From Candidatus Bathyarchaeia archaeon (GTDB taxonomy: Archaea; Thermoproteota; Bathyarchaeia; Bathyarchaeales; Bathycorpusculaceae): 64,000 nucleotides of DNA. The notes under the pieces are model-generated. The model searched no databases. It saw only the letters and a list, made by a program, of their open reading frames with translations, and was not told where the DNA came from. Positions 9,334-18,694 of this stretch are shown here, one piece after another. The DNA is taken from positions 32,001 through 96,000 of the forward strand of contig JBEKWR010000003.1 in assembly GCA_049512935.1 (NCBI GenBank). Direction: 5' to 3'. The position numbers and the translations under genes were made by a program. Position 1 is the stretch's first letter; the number at the start of each line of letters is the position of its first letter.

Positions 9334-9963
9334 TCACTGAATTATTGTTACCTGTACTGGTGCTGTTTGAAATCCGTAAGTTGGGCTGCTTTCGCCGACG
9401 ATGAAGTATGTTCCCGGTGGCACTTGTGTGGCTTCTGTTGACGTTGAGATGTTGCTTGTCTGCGGCCAAACGTATGTTGCGGTTACGTTTTCACCGGGCT
9501 TTAGAGAAATTAATGTGACAAACTGGGGGAAGGCTTTGCCGATGGACCATATGTAGATGATGCTGTTTGAATCATTGTAGACAAGGAAGTTAAAGTCCAT
9601 TCCGGTATGCGTGAAGCTTACGGTCTGATCGCTGACGTTCGTAATAGTCAACGTCACGTTAACTGGTTCCCCAACGTTGTAGACGGTTTTTTCAAGAGAC
9701 AAAGTGAGCTCAAGGCTTTCGTTGCCAGTTTTCGTTGGCGCGGGGGTCGAGGTGGGAGTCTGCGTTGGAACAGGAGACGGCGAATTTGTGGCTGTTGGAA
9801 TCGGCGTTATAGGCGACGGACTTGTCTCCGACAAGTTTTCGGGAACGTTTGATTCTACTGTCCTGCTTGGCTGGAGCTTTGTTAACGCGAAACCTAAAGC
9901 GACACCGCTTAGTATAACGATCACGACTGCAATTGCCAGAAGCTTCAATTTATTAGGTGCCAT
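9334..9963 (-). CDS. Membrane-anchored protein with P/T/S linker and BsuPI-like Ig domain
   Basis: N-terminal TM, TPTSTPAPT linker, WSIGKAFPQFVT...LKPGE...VPPGTY. Confidence 0.7.
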   Translation of the reverse strand: MAPNKLKLLAIAVVIVILSGVALGFALTKLQPSRTVESNVPENLSETSPSPITPIPTATNSPSPVPTQTPTSTPAPTKTGNESLELTLSLEKTVYNVGEPVNVTLTITNVSDQTVSFTHTGMDFNFLVYNDSNSIIYIWSIGKAFPQFVTLISLKPGENVTATYVWPQTSNISTSTEATQVPPGTYFIVGESSPTYGFQTAPVQVTIIQ

Positions 9964-10034
9964 TACAGGTCAACCTTGCTTCCGACAAATCATATGTTTC
10001 TCTTGGTTCATAACTCTTTTCTTTAGAACATACC

Positions 10035-10081
10035 GCTGAGGCTGGCAATTGAACCCATATGTGACCGCTCTGCAGGCTATC
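10035..10081 (-). repeat. Degenerate tRNA-Cys fragment (att-like copy 5)
   Basis: 40/47 match to 14789-14835. Confidence 0.8.
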
Positions 10082-10089
10082 TATTGTGC

Positions 10090-10320
10090 TTACCTCTGGC
10101 TATTCACAAGCGCACCGCTGGAGAGAGTTTCAACGCCCATGTTTTCTGCAGCTTTAGCAAAATTTGTTGTCGTCGGTGACCAAGGTTTTGTTGTTTTTCT
10201 TTGCCTCTGCAAGGTAAGCAGAGTCATAAAATGTCAAGTTAAATTTGTGCGCTGTGTCCAGTATTTCGTTTCCTTTTTCATTACTCAGCAGGGCTACCTG
10301 CATGCGTGCATCTGACAGAG
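10090..10320 (-). pseudogene. VapC/PIN toxin C-terminal remnant, frameshifted
   Basis: EILDTAHKFNLTFYDSAYL...LVTDDNK, then shifts into AKAAENMGVETLS; N-terminal half absent. Confidence 0.75.
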
Positions 10321-10326
10321 AAAGCA

Positions 10327-10686
10327 CTAGTTTTTTCCGTGGCACAGAGGGGTAAGAACCTTGGTGAGTTGCTCGTATTTTGGGATCTTACCTTCGATGG
10401 TTTCAAACCTACATCTTTCCTTCCCGTCTTGGAAGACAAGTATGAAAGGCGTTTGCAGTCCGTTCAGTTTGGCGTTTCCGATGTACTTCTTCAGCTGGGC
10501 GTTTCTTTCTTGCAGGACTGCCTCGCAGATCTCCACCTCGGGAAACTGCTTATGCACTTGGGGGAGGACATTTTCCTTAAAATCGGCGCAGTGGGAGCAA
10601 CTTCTGAGGGTTACGACAAGGAGTGCGATTTTTTTCTGGTTGATGAATGCATCGTAATTCGCACTTGTTATTTGCTTAAGCTCCAT
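10327..10686 (-). CDS. Thioredoxin-like protein
   Basis: CSHC motif, cis-Pro TPFILVFQDGKE. Confidence 0.82.
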   Translation of the reverse strand: MELKQITSANYDAFINQKKIALLVVTLRSCSHCADFKENVLPQVHKQFPEVEICEAVLQERNAQLKKYIGNAKLNGLQTPFILVFQDGKERCRFETIEGKIPKYEQLTKVLTPLCHGKN

Positions 10687-10764
10687 ACTCTTATTCGCTT
10701 CGAGGGGGTTATTTAGACTATTCGTTCACTAAGAGAGTTTCTACCGCTTTGTGCTAAGGAGATA

Positions 10765-10813
10765 TGGAGTTGGGGATGGGCTTTTGAGTTGAGGTGCGAT
10801 TCCCTTCCCCGCT
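10765..10813. repeat. tRNA-Cys 3' fragment (copy 4, 10765-10780) plus an inverted degenerate copy (10793-10813)
   Basis: TGGAGTTGGGGATGGG 15/16 to the tRNA 3' end; GGTGCGATTCCCTTCCCCGCT resembles the tRNA 3' end in the opposite orientation. Confidence 0.6.
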
Positions 10814-10994
10814 TAGGGTACAAAGAAGCGGCTTGCATTTTCATTACATTCGGCACCCCAGATCGATAATCCTGTTTATAGAATAAGCCTCAGACTTAGT
10901 GCTGGCGTACACTTCGTTGGCAATCAACATGTCAAGAAAAGATTTAGATAGCAGTATTCAGTTAGCGCATTTGTGAAACGAAAGAAGGGGTAAA

Positions 10995-12377
10995 TTGCTC
11001 AGTAAGGTTAGTTTCACAAAATTGATAATTGAAGTCTTCCCCATCTTCATCATTCTAATTGGAGTTGCATTCGTTTCATTTTCACTGGGGCCATATCAAA
11101 CTTATGACACGCAACTGGAATTCGAAGCTGCGTCAAACGTGGTTAAAATGGGTATTCCCTTTGTGAAGGGTTTTGGTACAGTGATTGATCAGCCGCCGTT
11201 AGGATTCTACATTGAAGGGTTATTCTTTAGAATTTTTGGTTTGTCAATTAACACAGGTGTAACCTTAGTGACTCTTTTTGGGCTTGGATCTGTTGCCTTA
11301 GTATATATGATTGGAAAGCAATTGTACGGCAAAGCAACAGGACTTCTCGCAGCCGCTCTTTTCGGTTTGAACCCGTGGCAACTTGTTCTCTCAAGAAGCT
11401 TCCTTATTGATTCTCAATGCCTTTTCTTCAGCCTGCTCTGTTTGTACGTGGGCATTTTTGCTATCAACAGAAGTTCAGTTAAGCTCAGTTTGGTTGCAGG
11501 AGTGGTTTTTGCCGCTGCTATCCTAACAAAGTTTTTTGCTGCTTTCGTACTCATCCCACTGCTCTTATTCTACATTTATTCACGACCGAAAAAAACAAAG
11601 CAGATACTTGGCCAATTAGCGGCATTTTCAATACCAGCGTTCGTGTCTGCGCTTTTCTGGTATCAAATTTTCCTTGGTCGTTCGCTGCTTTCAATTTTTA
11701 ATAACAATAATATCGTCGTAATTCCCGCAAGTACTCACGTGGTTCCTTCTCCGTTTTTTGTAATCAATTTTCTTGTACATTATGGGGTGGGATGGTACTT
11801 TCTGGTTGCAACAGTTTTCTCCTTGATTTTGGTTCTGTCGCTTAAAAATTATTTTTCTAAAGTAATTATTGTTGATTTAGTATGCGTGGCGACAATTGCT
11901 TTTATTTTAAGCGTTAATGTTGTTATGGGCGCAGTTTTCAAGCTTAATGTGCCATATTTTAGCGCCATTAAATATGATTACCAAGCTTTGCCATTTCTTG
12001 TTTTATTAGTAGCGTCGTTAACAACAAAGAGCCTCGCAGCGTTTAGAGCAGCAAAATCAACTGTGCATCTGAAAAAACTTATGTTTTATTTGGCTGCTAT
12101 AGCAGCGGTGATACTGCTTGCTGCATCGTTGATTTCAAGCATGTTTTACACAAATGCGGTTTCCACACTCAGTTACCTGCAGTACAGAGTGGAGCCGCAA
12201 GTTAATTACGGATATGCACTCTCGACCCCTAACCCGTTAACGGCTAGCAGCCCGTTAATGGCGCTTCAATATTTGGGCTTCGCAGTTGCGTTATCTGGAC
12301 TTTTGTTTGGACTATTTTGCGTGACTAGGCATAAGATTCGGTGGTTATTCAAGCGAGAAAACGCTCAAAAGGCTTAA
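10995..12377 (+). CDS. GT-C membrane glycosyltransferase (GT39/ArnT/PMT-2-like)
   Basis: DQPPLGFY, SRSFLIDS, AILTKF motifs; multi-TM; AT-rich. Confidence 0.85.
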   Translation: MLSKVSFTKLIIEVFPIFIILIGVAFVSFSLGPYQTYDTQLEFEAASNVVKMGIPFVKGFGTVIDQPPLGFYIEGLFFRIFGLSINTGVTLVTLFGLGSVALVYMIGKQLYGKATGLLAAALFGLNPWQLVLSRSFLIDSQCLFFSLLCLYVGIFAINRSSVKLSLVAGVVFAAAILTKFFAAFVLIPLLLFYIYSRPKKTKQILGQLAAFSIPAFVSALFWYQIFLGRSLLSIFNNNNIVVIPASTHVVPSPFFVINFLVHYGVGWYFLVATVFSLILVLSLKNYFSKVIIVDLVCVATIAFILSVNVVMGAVFKLNVPYFSAIKYDYQALPFLVLLVASLTTKSLAAFRAAKSTVHLKKLMFYLAAIAAVILLAASLISSMFYTNAVSTLSYLQYRVEPQVNYGYALSTPNPLTASSPLMALQYLGFAVALSGLLFGLFCVTRHKIRWLFKRENAQKA

Positions 12378-12510
12378 TCTATATTTTAAAATAAGTTACT
12401 CAGCGGCAGACCTTAACCCTTGAAAAGTCATAGTCACCGCTCTCTCTAAAATCCAAGCGTAAGCATGACCAGAGCACGTAATGAAAAACTAAGGCACCAA
12501 AGCTGGACTA

Positions 12511-12542
12511 TGAAGCTGGGGGGAATGGGAATTGAACCCATA
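12511..12542 (-). repeat. Degenerate tRNA-Cys 3' fragment (copy 3)
   Basis: TGAAGCTGGGGGGAATGGGAATTGAACCCATA; small insertion and one mismatch versus the tRNA. Confidence 0.8.
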
Positions 12543-12560
12543 ACCGTCAAGGATGCGAGT

Positions 12561-12956
12561 CTATTTAATGTCGTCTAACGTGGAAACGTTTGCCACTGTT
12601 GTTATTTTTTTGATTAGCCGCAGGTCTTCCGTTATCAGTTTTAGTTCTTTTGCCTTAGCAAAATAAACGTATGAAGCGTCATAAAAAGTAATTTTTAGCT
12701 TGATTGCAGTATCTAATATTTCCTCTTCGCTGTCGGTTATTTCTATTACATTCATTATGTTTAAGGTGTGCTTGATTGACTTTGCCAGCATTTTTGCTTC
12801 TTGCTCTGAAACCTTTGCTTGTAAGGCATAATCTTTCCATATGATGTTTCCCAGTTCGTATCTCGCTAGTTCTAATGTGTAGTTTCCAGTCAAAAAATCA
12901 ATTTTGTTTTCTTTAATTGCTCTAAATATGGCTGATGAATCAAAAAGACACTTCAT
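12561..12956 (-). CDS. vapC: VapC PIN-domain toxin
   Basis: FDSSA, YELGN, TFYDASY, ITEDL acidic PIN residues. Confidence 0.92.
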   Translation of the reverse strand: MKCLFDSSAIFRAIKENKIDFLTGNYTLELARYELGNIIWKDYALQAKVSEQEAKMLAKSIKHTLNIMNVIEITDSEEEILDTAIKLKITFYDASYVYFAKAKELKLITEDLRLIKKITTVANVSTLDDIK

Positions 12957-13195
12957 CGGCTATCACGGTCTTCTCTTATGCTTTTCACTACATCTTCAAC
13001 GCTGATTTTCTCAAGTATCGGCTTTAGCCTCTCTATCTCTTCTTTTAGCTCTTCTACCTCTCTTTTTTTCACTTCATCTTCAAGGGCTTTTCGCAGAATC
13101 TTAGACGGCTTGATTTTGAACTTCTGAATTTTTTCTTTGAGTTGCTTGGGGATTTTTGTAGAAACTGTACATTGCTGCACCATTATTCTCACCAC
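12953..13195 (-). CDS. vapB: VapB-like antitoxin (RHH)
   Basis: TVSTKIPKQLKE...LRKALEDEV...IREDRDSR; ATGA overlap with vapC. Confidence 0.85.
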   Translation of the reverse strand: MVRIMVQQCTVSTKIPKQLKEKIQKFKIKPSKILRKALEDEVKKREVEELKEEIERLKPILEKISVEDVVKSIREDRDSR

Positions 13196-13258
13196 AAATT
13201 ACTACTTTAAAGTAAGATAAAACAGTTTCCGTAATATGCATAGAAAAAAAGTAACGTA

Positions 13259-13281
13259 TGGAGCTGGGGATGGGAATTGAA
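13259..13281 (-). repeat. tRNA-Cys 3' fragment (copy 2)
   Basis: TGGAGCTGGGGATGGGAATTGAA, 23/23 identical to 14785-14807. Confidence 0.9.
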
Positions 13282-13401
13282 ACAGGTTTTTTTATGCCTT
13301 CTATAGATTAGCAAACCCGCGCTTATGCCAATAACTAATGCCGCCGTTAAAGCAATAGCCGTGATTACTGGAGTTAAAACTAGTTTGGCTAACGGGCGCA
13401 A
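13282..13401 (-). pseudogene. Remnant C-terminal membrane anchor of a surface protein
   Basis: TPVITAIALTAALVIGISAGLLIYRRHKKT (TM + basic tail) running directly into the tRNA fragment. Confidence 0.45.
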
Positions 13402-13746
13402 GATGCACGATTATTTTTATTTAACCGCTTGCATTAGAGCATGCTGCCTGTGAAGATAAACACGTCAGTCGGAGAAAGGATTGGTAGTCCTATCGATGAT
13501 GTCAGTTAACGAATTCTGAGGCACACGAAAACAATAAACAAAGAGCGCCTTGACTTGATCAGCAATTCACAGAAAATTGAAAGCCGAATGAATCAGATTC
13601 TCTGTGAGAAACTCGGTTAAGAATGTTGTATAAACTGGTAATGCCATGGATGGTCCAATCCTCGAATTCTCTTAATAAATGTCTCAGAAGTGCATTCCCC
13701 TAATATGCTGTCTAAGTTAGAGTTGAAACTCGATGTTTGCAGACGT

Positions 13747-13791
13747 TGGAGCTGGGGATGGGAATTGAACCCATATATAACAGCTCTGCAG
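13747..13791 (-). repeat. tRNA-Cys 3' half (att-like copy 1)
   Basis: 45/45 identical to 14785-14829, ending in the anticodon loop. Confidence 0.95.
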
Positions 13792-13858
13792 ACGCTACAA
13801 TAAAACAAGAGAGATTAGCATATACGCAGGTGTTAACAACAAATATCCCAGAGCTCGG

Positions 13859-14344
13859 ATGAACATGAAACCCGTACGGCAAGTTTATCTTGATACAAAT
13901 ATTTACTGTCGCCCGCTGGATGATCAAAAAGATAGACGCATCAATGCCGAAACCCAAGCCTTGCTGAAAATTGTTGATGCGAATGAAAAAGGAGAAATAG
14001 CGATAATAAGCTCGGAATATGTGAAGTTTGAAATCGAGAAAGTAAAATACCCGCTAAAAAGGAAAAATATCCGAGGCTTCGAGAAAATCCTAAGCAAAGC
14101 CAACGTAACTAGCAGTAAAAGACTAATCACACTAGCCAAAGAAATCAACGCGAAATGCAACCTCAATTCCTTAGACGCCCTCCACTTGGCAGCAGCCTGC
14201 ACAGGCAAAGCAAATTTTTTTCTAACCTGCGATGATGAAATTTTAAACGACAGAAATTGTATTGAAACATTAGTGGCAAATAAAGGGTATGAGTTAAAAG
14301 TTAGGAATCCAATAAATTATATAAGAGAACATGAGGAAGAGTGA
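13859..14344 (+). CDS. PIN-domain toxin
   Basis: YLDTNIYCRPLDDQ...LDALHLAAA...FLTCDDEIL. Confidence 0.9.
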   Translation: MNMKPVRQVYLDTNIYCRPLDDQKDRRINAETQALLKIVDANEKGEIAIISSEYVKFEIEKVKYPLKRKNIRGFEKILSKANVTSSKRLITLAKEINAKCNLNSLDALHLAAACTGKANFFLTCDDEILNDRNCIETLVANKGYELKVRNPINYIREHEEE

Positions 14345-14573
14345 CATAAGAATGACTACGTCGCATATAGCCACTGTGGAAGTCCCCTTTGAAGCCCTAG
14401 CCAAAGAGCTTGGAACAAAAAGAGCAATAGAGTTCATCAGCGAAATAAAAGAGTGCTATGGCGACTCTGTTGTTGAATTAAGAAAAGCCACCGAAACACT
14501 TACCATTGAACAAATAGAAGAAGAAATAAAAAAATCTAAAAAAGCAAAAATCGATAATTTTGAAAAAGAGTAA
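14331..14573 (+). CDS. Putative antitoxin downstream of the PIN toxin
   Basis: Small ORF overlapping the PIN stop; EALAKELG..RAIEFI...GDSV pattern. Confidence 0.7.
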   Translation: MRKSDIRMTTSHIATVEVPFEALAKELGTKRAIEFISEIKECYGDSVVELRKATETLTIEQIEEEIKKSKKAKIDNFEKE

Positions 14574-14784
14574 CTTACCACTTTAAATTTTGTTGTTAGT
14601 AGTCAAGAAATTTTTAGCGAATTTCTGACCTCTTACTTCCAATTTCCTGCCCTAAAAACGCTCTGTACAAATAAAATTTTAATTGCTTTATTATTTATGT
14701 TCAATGAAGCATTCCTCAGCAAAACGTTTGTCACGCAAAAAATGAAAGCTGCCCAAAGAGTTTGAAGCTCCAAACTTTATGCAG

Positions 14785-14860
14785 TGGAGCTGGGGATGGG
14801 AATTGAACCCATATATAACAGCTCTGCAGGCTGTCGCCTGAACCATTCGGCCACCCCAGC
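14785..14860 (-). tRNA. tRNA-Cys(GCA), encoded CCA, no intron
   Basis: GCTGGGG acceptor stem, ACAGC-CTGCAGA-GCTGT anticodon arm, ATGGG-TTCAATT-CCCAT T arm, TCCA end. Confidence 0.96.
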
Positions 14861-14952
14861 ATCCTAAGTCTAGGATTTTGTCTCACATAAAAGTATTGTT
14901 GGCTTGGTTCGGTTTTTTGTTGTTAACGCTAACTTGCTTTTAGCATGGGTTG

Positions 14953-15315
14953 CTATTTCTTGAACGCTAACCCTGAGAAGAGCGCCACCATCTTTTCTCC
15001 GCTCTTCACCGTGACCTGGTAGAGACCCGTCGTTTTTCCGTCGGAAACCCGCGTTGCCTCCGCCACTAAAACGTCGCCTTCAACCGACGGTCTCAAGTAG
15101 TTGATGCTTACCTGTACCGCGACTGCGACGTTGTCGCCGTAGTTGCATGCGTGTGCGAAGGCGTAGTCCGCCAGCGAGAAGACTGCGCCGCCGTGCGTGA
15201 AGCCAAGCGCGTTGGTGTGGTTTTTCTCAACTTTCATGCATACCCGTGCGTAGCCGTCTCTGGATTCTTCAAGGTGAATGCCGAGTGCTTCTGCAAAATG
15301 GTCTTTTCCCTTCAT
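14953..15315 (-). CDS. paaI: PaaI-family thioesterase
   Basis: HGGAVFSLADYAFAHACN; near paaK. Confidence 0.9.
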   Translation of the reverse strand: MKGKDHFAEALGIHLEESRDGYARVCMKVEKNHTNALGFTHGGAVFSLADYAFAHACNYGDNVAVAVQVSINYLRPSVEGDVLVAEATRVSDGKTTGLYQVTVKSGEKMVALFSGLAFKK

Positions 15316-15902
15316 GCCTGTGCGCCCATGAACCGTGCATATAGCGCGTTACTCTAAATAAAACTAGCTGTGCACACGGCGGCTGCCTCCCTGTTCCCAG
15401 ACGTGCCTATCCAAGAAAAACGCGCTTGGACGCCTGTATTTGGGTCCTGCAGATGCGCCCAAAAGGCGTTTTGTGCAGAATTGCCCGTTTTTCCTTGAAG
15501 AGTCAGCTGCAAAAAACCATGAATTAAGCCCTAAAGCTAAAAAGCAGTCTGAAACAAGCCCTGATTGTACGAGAAAGTGGAGGGAAACAGGTATCAATGG
15601 GTTTATACCTGAAAAATTGGCTGAAAGTTTGTTTTTCGCGTCGGAGAACACGGATTTGATCTGCTTGGTTTAGGCTCTAAACCAAAAAAGCAACATGAAT
15701 CAAGCCCTGACCTACCAGATAGGGAGGGGGGAGGGGGTCTAGTATTTGTGACCAAAAACCAACACAAAAAAGACGTATGTTGACTCTCAGCTTAATTAAA
15801 CCCATTATTGCGACCCTATAGGGTAGGCTACTATTTGTGACAAAATTCCATCACAAAAAGCGCTTCAACCACCGGCATCCTACGACAAAACCGCAGCCCA
15901 AA

Positions 15903-16493
15903 TCAGCCTTGCAGGACGCTGTCTCTGCCCTGCTGGAAGGCTTTGAGGTTTATGTTGATGTATTTTTCTTTAAGCCTGCCCGCGATGGCCCTCTGAAACG
16001 ACTCCGCATTAACAGGAACCTCGGGAAGGGCAGAGAGCGCGCCGAGCAGAACGGTGTTCACCACAAGCGGGTTCCCAAGCTTTGCAGCTATGCCTGCCCC
16101 GTCAACCTCATGAACCCTCGCCTTATCCCTCAGAATCTGCATCAACTCCCCCATCTTCTTAGGCCTCACAGCTGAGCCGACAACGCACGGCGGAATATAC
16201 TTCGTGTTCACAACAACATCGCCGCCTCGCCTAAGCATCGGCAGCGCCCTCGCCGTCTCAAGAACCTCAAAACCCACCAGAACATCCGCCCGCCCAGCCT
16301 CAATCAGCGGCGACTCAACCTTATCACCGATCCTCGCGTAAGCCACGATCGAACCGCCCCGCTGAGCCATCCCGTGAACTTCAGCCTTGGCAACGTCGAA
16401 ACCGTCCAGTATCGCCGCTTCACAGTAGATGTCGCTTAGGACCACGACTCCCTGTCCGCCGACACCGCTGAAAACCATGTCAAGCCGCCTCAC
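15903..16493 (-). CDS. iorB: Indolepyruvate:ferredoxin oxidoreductase beta subunit (GTG start overlapping the iorA stop)
   Basis: GVGGQG, EVHGMAQRGGS, NTVLLGAL, NLKAF. Confidence 0.93.
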   Translation of the reverse strand: MRRLDMVFSGVGGQGVVVLSDIYCEAAILDGFDVAKAEVHGMAQRGGSIVAYARIGDKVESPLIEAGRADVLVGFEVLETARALPMLRRGGDVVVNTKYIPPCVVGSAVRPKKMGELMQILRDKARVHEVDGAGIAAKLGNPLVVNTVLLGALSALPEVPVNAESFQRAIAGRLKEKYININLKAFQQGRDSVLQG

Positions 16494-18682
16494 TTCTCCC
16501 GCCTCCTTATCGCTTGGGAGGGACAGACGACGTCGCAGACGCCGCATCCACTGCACAATGTCGCATCAACCTCAACATGACCGCTAGCCTTAGAAATGGC
16601 TGGGCAACCGAACGCTTTGATGCAGACCTCGCAATCGTTACATTTCTCCGTGACCTCTCTCGGCTCGCCCCTCTCAATCAGAAGCGGGCAAGGCCTCTTC
16701 GAAATAACAACTGAAGGACCCCTGTAATCAAAAATCTTCCTAAGAGCAGCGATCGTGCCCTCAACGTCATACGGGTCAACAACCTCAACCCTGTCTATCC
16801 CAAGACCCCTAGCAACATCCTCAAGCTTCAAAATCTTAGAATCCAAGCCCATAGCCGTCTTCCCCGACCCAGGCGTCGGCTGATGCCCAGTCATCGCCAC
16901 TGTGCTGTTATCCAGAATGACCACGCACACGTCAGCCCTGTTGTACACGATGTTCATCAGCCCAGGCATTCCCGCATGGAAAAACGTTGAGTCCCCGATA
17001 ACCGCGAACACTTTATCCTTCACGCCAGCATGAACCATCCCCGCAGCCTGCGAAATCCCCGCCCCCATGCACAGGCAGGTTTGAACCGCGTTGACAGGCG
17101 GCAGAACACCCAGCGTGTAGCAACCGATGTCGCCCGTCACGATCTTGTCGCTTGAATTCCCCGCCAAGCTCAAAGCTCCCTCAGGGCAGAAACCGACACA
17201 TTTCGGGTCACCACCGCACATGTCGCAAATCATGGCTTTATGCGTGCCAGGATTCACCGTGATTGCCCCGTACTCGCAGGCTTCAATGCACCAAGGGCAA
17301 CCCTTGCACTTCTCATCGTCAACCAGCAGCGCACCAGTTTCAGGTGATCGCCCTATTGCTTTTTCAGGACAAGCCTTGATGCACGCGGCGTCAACGCAGG
17401 CTTTGCAAGTTATCGCCGTGTTGAAAGTCTGACCGATCCTCACCGACCGTATTCGAGATTTAAGCGGGTTGAAGACTCTCTCTTTCTCAAAAGAGCAAGC
17501 GTACTCGCAGATGCTGCAGCCCACGCATTTATCGTTGTCACAGCTAACATGCTGATTAACCATGTTCAACGCATAGTAAAACGCCCTGTGGGGACAGCCT
17601 GGACAAAGCGTCGGCGGCCTCGGCTGCAAATCCAAAACCTCCGGTGCCTCCGCCTTGTCAGCCAATCTTAAACTTGCGAAGGCTTGGCGTACTTTATCGG
17701 GCGTTAACTCGCCAATTTCCTCCAAACCCAGCTCGTTCTTTCCCAGGAACTGCAAACCTAACCCGCGGATGTTCTCCTCCAAATAAGGCCTCAGCTCCTC
17801 AACTACTATGAGCTTCTTAACTTTGAGCGCAAATCTTTCAACAATTTCCTTAGGAAAAGGATAAACAAGACCCAGCTTCAACCAAGAAAACTTTTTCGTA
17901 TCAAGCACCGATCGAGCATAGTAGTAACCAACACCGCTTCCTACAATTCCAATCTCGCTCGCATTGTCTTCAATCACGTTAAACTTCGAATGATTGACAA
18001 GCGTCTTTGCCTCTGCCATCTTTACCTCCAAAACTCTACGCTGCCGAATAGCGTTTGCCGGCACCATCACCCATTTTGAACCTTGCTTATCAAAATCGGC
18101 CTTGCGACTCAAGTTGTGCATCCGCCCGAGTTTCACCCTGGCTTTCCCATGAGCCACCCGCGTCGTCAAACGCAATATGACCGGCAAGTGCAGTTTTTCA
18201 CTTAATTCAAACGCCTCTCTAGCCATATCCAAGGCTTCCTGAGGGTTACCTGCATCCAGCAAAGGCAACTTCGAATGAACCGCAAAGTATCTTGTATCCT
18301 GCTCATTTTGGCTGCTATGCAATGACGGGTCGTCGCACACGGCGATAACCATTCCACCCTCGATGCCCGTGTACGCCAACGTCATAGCAGCGTCAGCAGC
18401 AACATTTAACCCAACATGCTTCATAGAAACAATAGAGCGAACCCCCGCCATCGAAGCACCCGCAGCCACCTCCGTCGCAACAACCTCGTTGGTGCTCCAT
18501 TCGGCGTAAACGCCAAATTCTTTTGAAACCTCGGCGAGCGTTTCCAAAATTTCAGTGGCAGGTGTTCCAGGGTAGGAAGCTGCGACCTTGACGGTTGCTT
18601 CAATCGCGCCTCGCGCCACTGCCTCATCGCCGTTAAGCAAAGCAAAGAAGCCTGGCTTATCTGCCGCAATTTTGGAAGTCAT
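16490..18682 (-). CDS. iorA: Indolepyruvate:ferredoxin oxidoreductase alpha subunit with an inserted 4x[4Fe-4S] domain
   Basis: YPGTPATE, MKHVGLNVAAD, SSQNEQD, CPGCPHR, GDIGCYTLG, GDSTFFH, C-terminal ferredoxin. Confidence 0.94.
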   Translation of the reverse strand: MTSKIAADKPGFFALLNGDEAVARGAIEATVKVAASYPGTPATEILETLAEVSKEFGVYAEWSTNEVVATEVAAGASMAGVRSIVSMKHVGLNVAADAAMTLAYTGIEGGMVIAVCDDPSLHSSQNEQDTRYFAVHSKLPLLDAGNPQEALDMAREAFELSEKLHLPVILRLTTRVAHGKARVKLGRMHNLSRKADFDKQGSKWVMVPANAIRQRRVLEVKMAEAKTLVNHSKFNVIEDNASEIGIVGSGVGYYYARSVLDTKKFSWLKLGLVYPFPKEIVERFALKVKKLIVVEELRPYLEENIRGLGLQFLGKNELGLEEIGELTPDKVRQAFASLRLADKAEAPEVLDLQPRPPTLCPGCPHRAFYYALNMVNQHVSCDNDKCVGCSICEYACSFEKERVFNPLKSRIRSVRIGQTFNTAITCKACVDAACIKACPEKAIGRSPETGALLVDDEKCKGCPWCIEACEYGAITVNPGTHKAMICDMCGGDPKCVGFCPEGALSLAGNSSDKIVTGDIGCYTLGVLPPVNAVQTCLCMGAGISQAAGMVHAGVKDKVFAVIGDSTFFHAGMPGLMNIVYNRADVCVVILDNSTVAMTGHQPTPGSGKTAMGLDSKILKLEDVARGLGIDRVEVVDPYDVEGTIAALRKIFDYRGPSVVISKRPCPLLIERGEPREVTEKCNDCEVCIKAFGCPAISKASGHVEVDATLCSGCGVCDVVCPSQAIRRREK

Positions 18683-18694
18683 AGGTTTTGTCCT

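Noticed and set aside
10035-13791. tRNA-Cys fragments as split or permuted tRNA genes
   Set aside because: Only 3'-side pieces of variable length, no matching 5' halves or pairing leaders seen, and an intact gene is adjacent; att scars fit better
15722-15737. G-quadruplex
   Set aside because: Four G3 tracts would need a zero-length loop; weak support by itself
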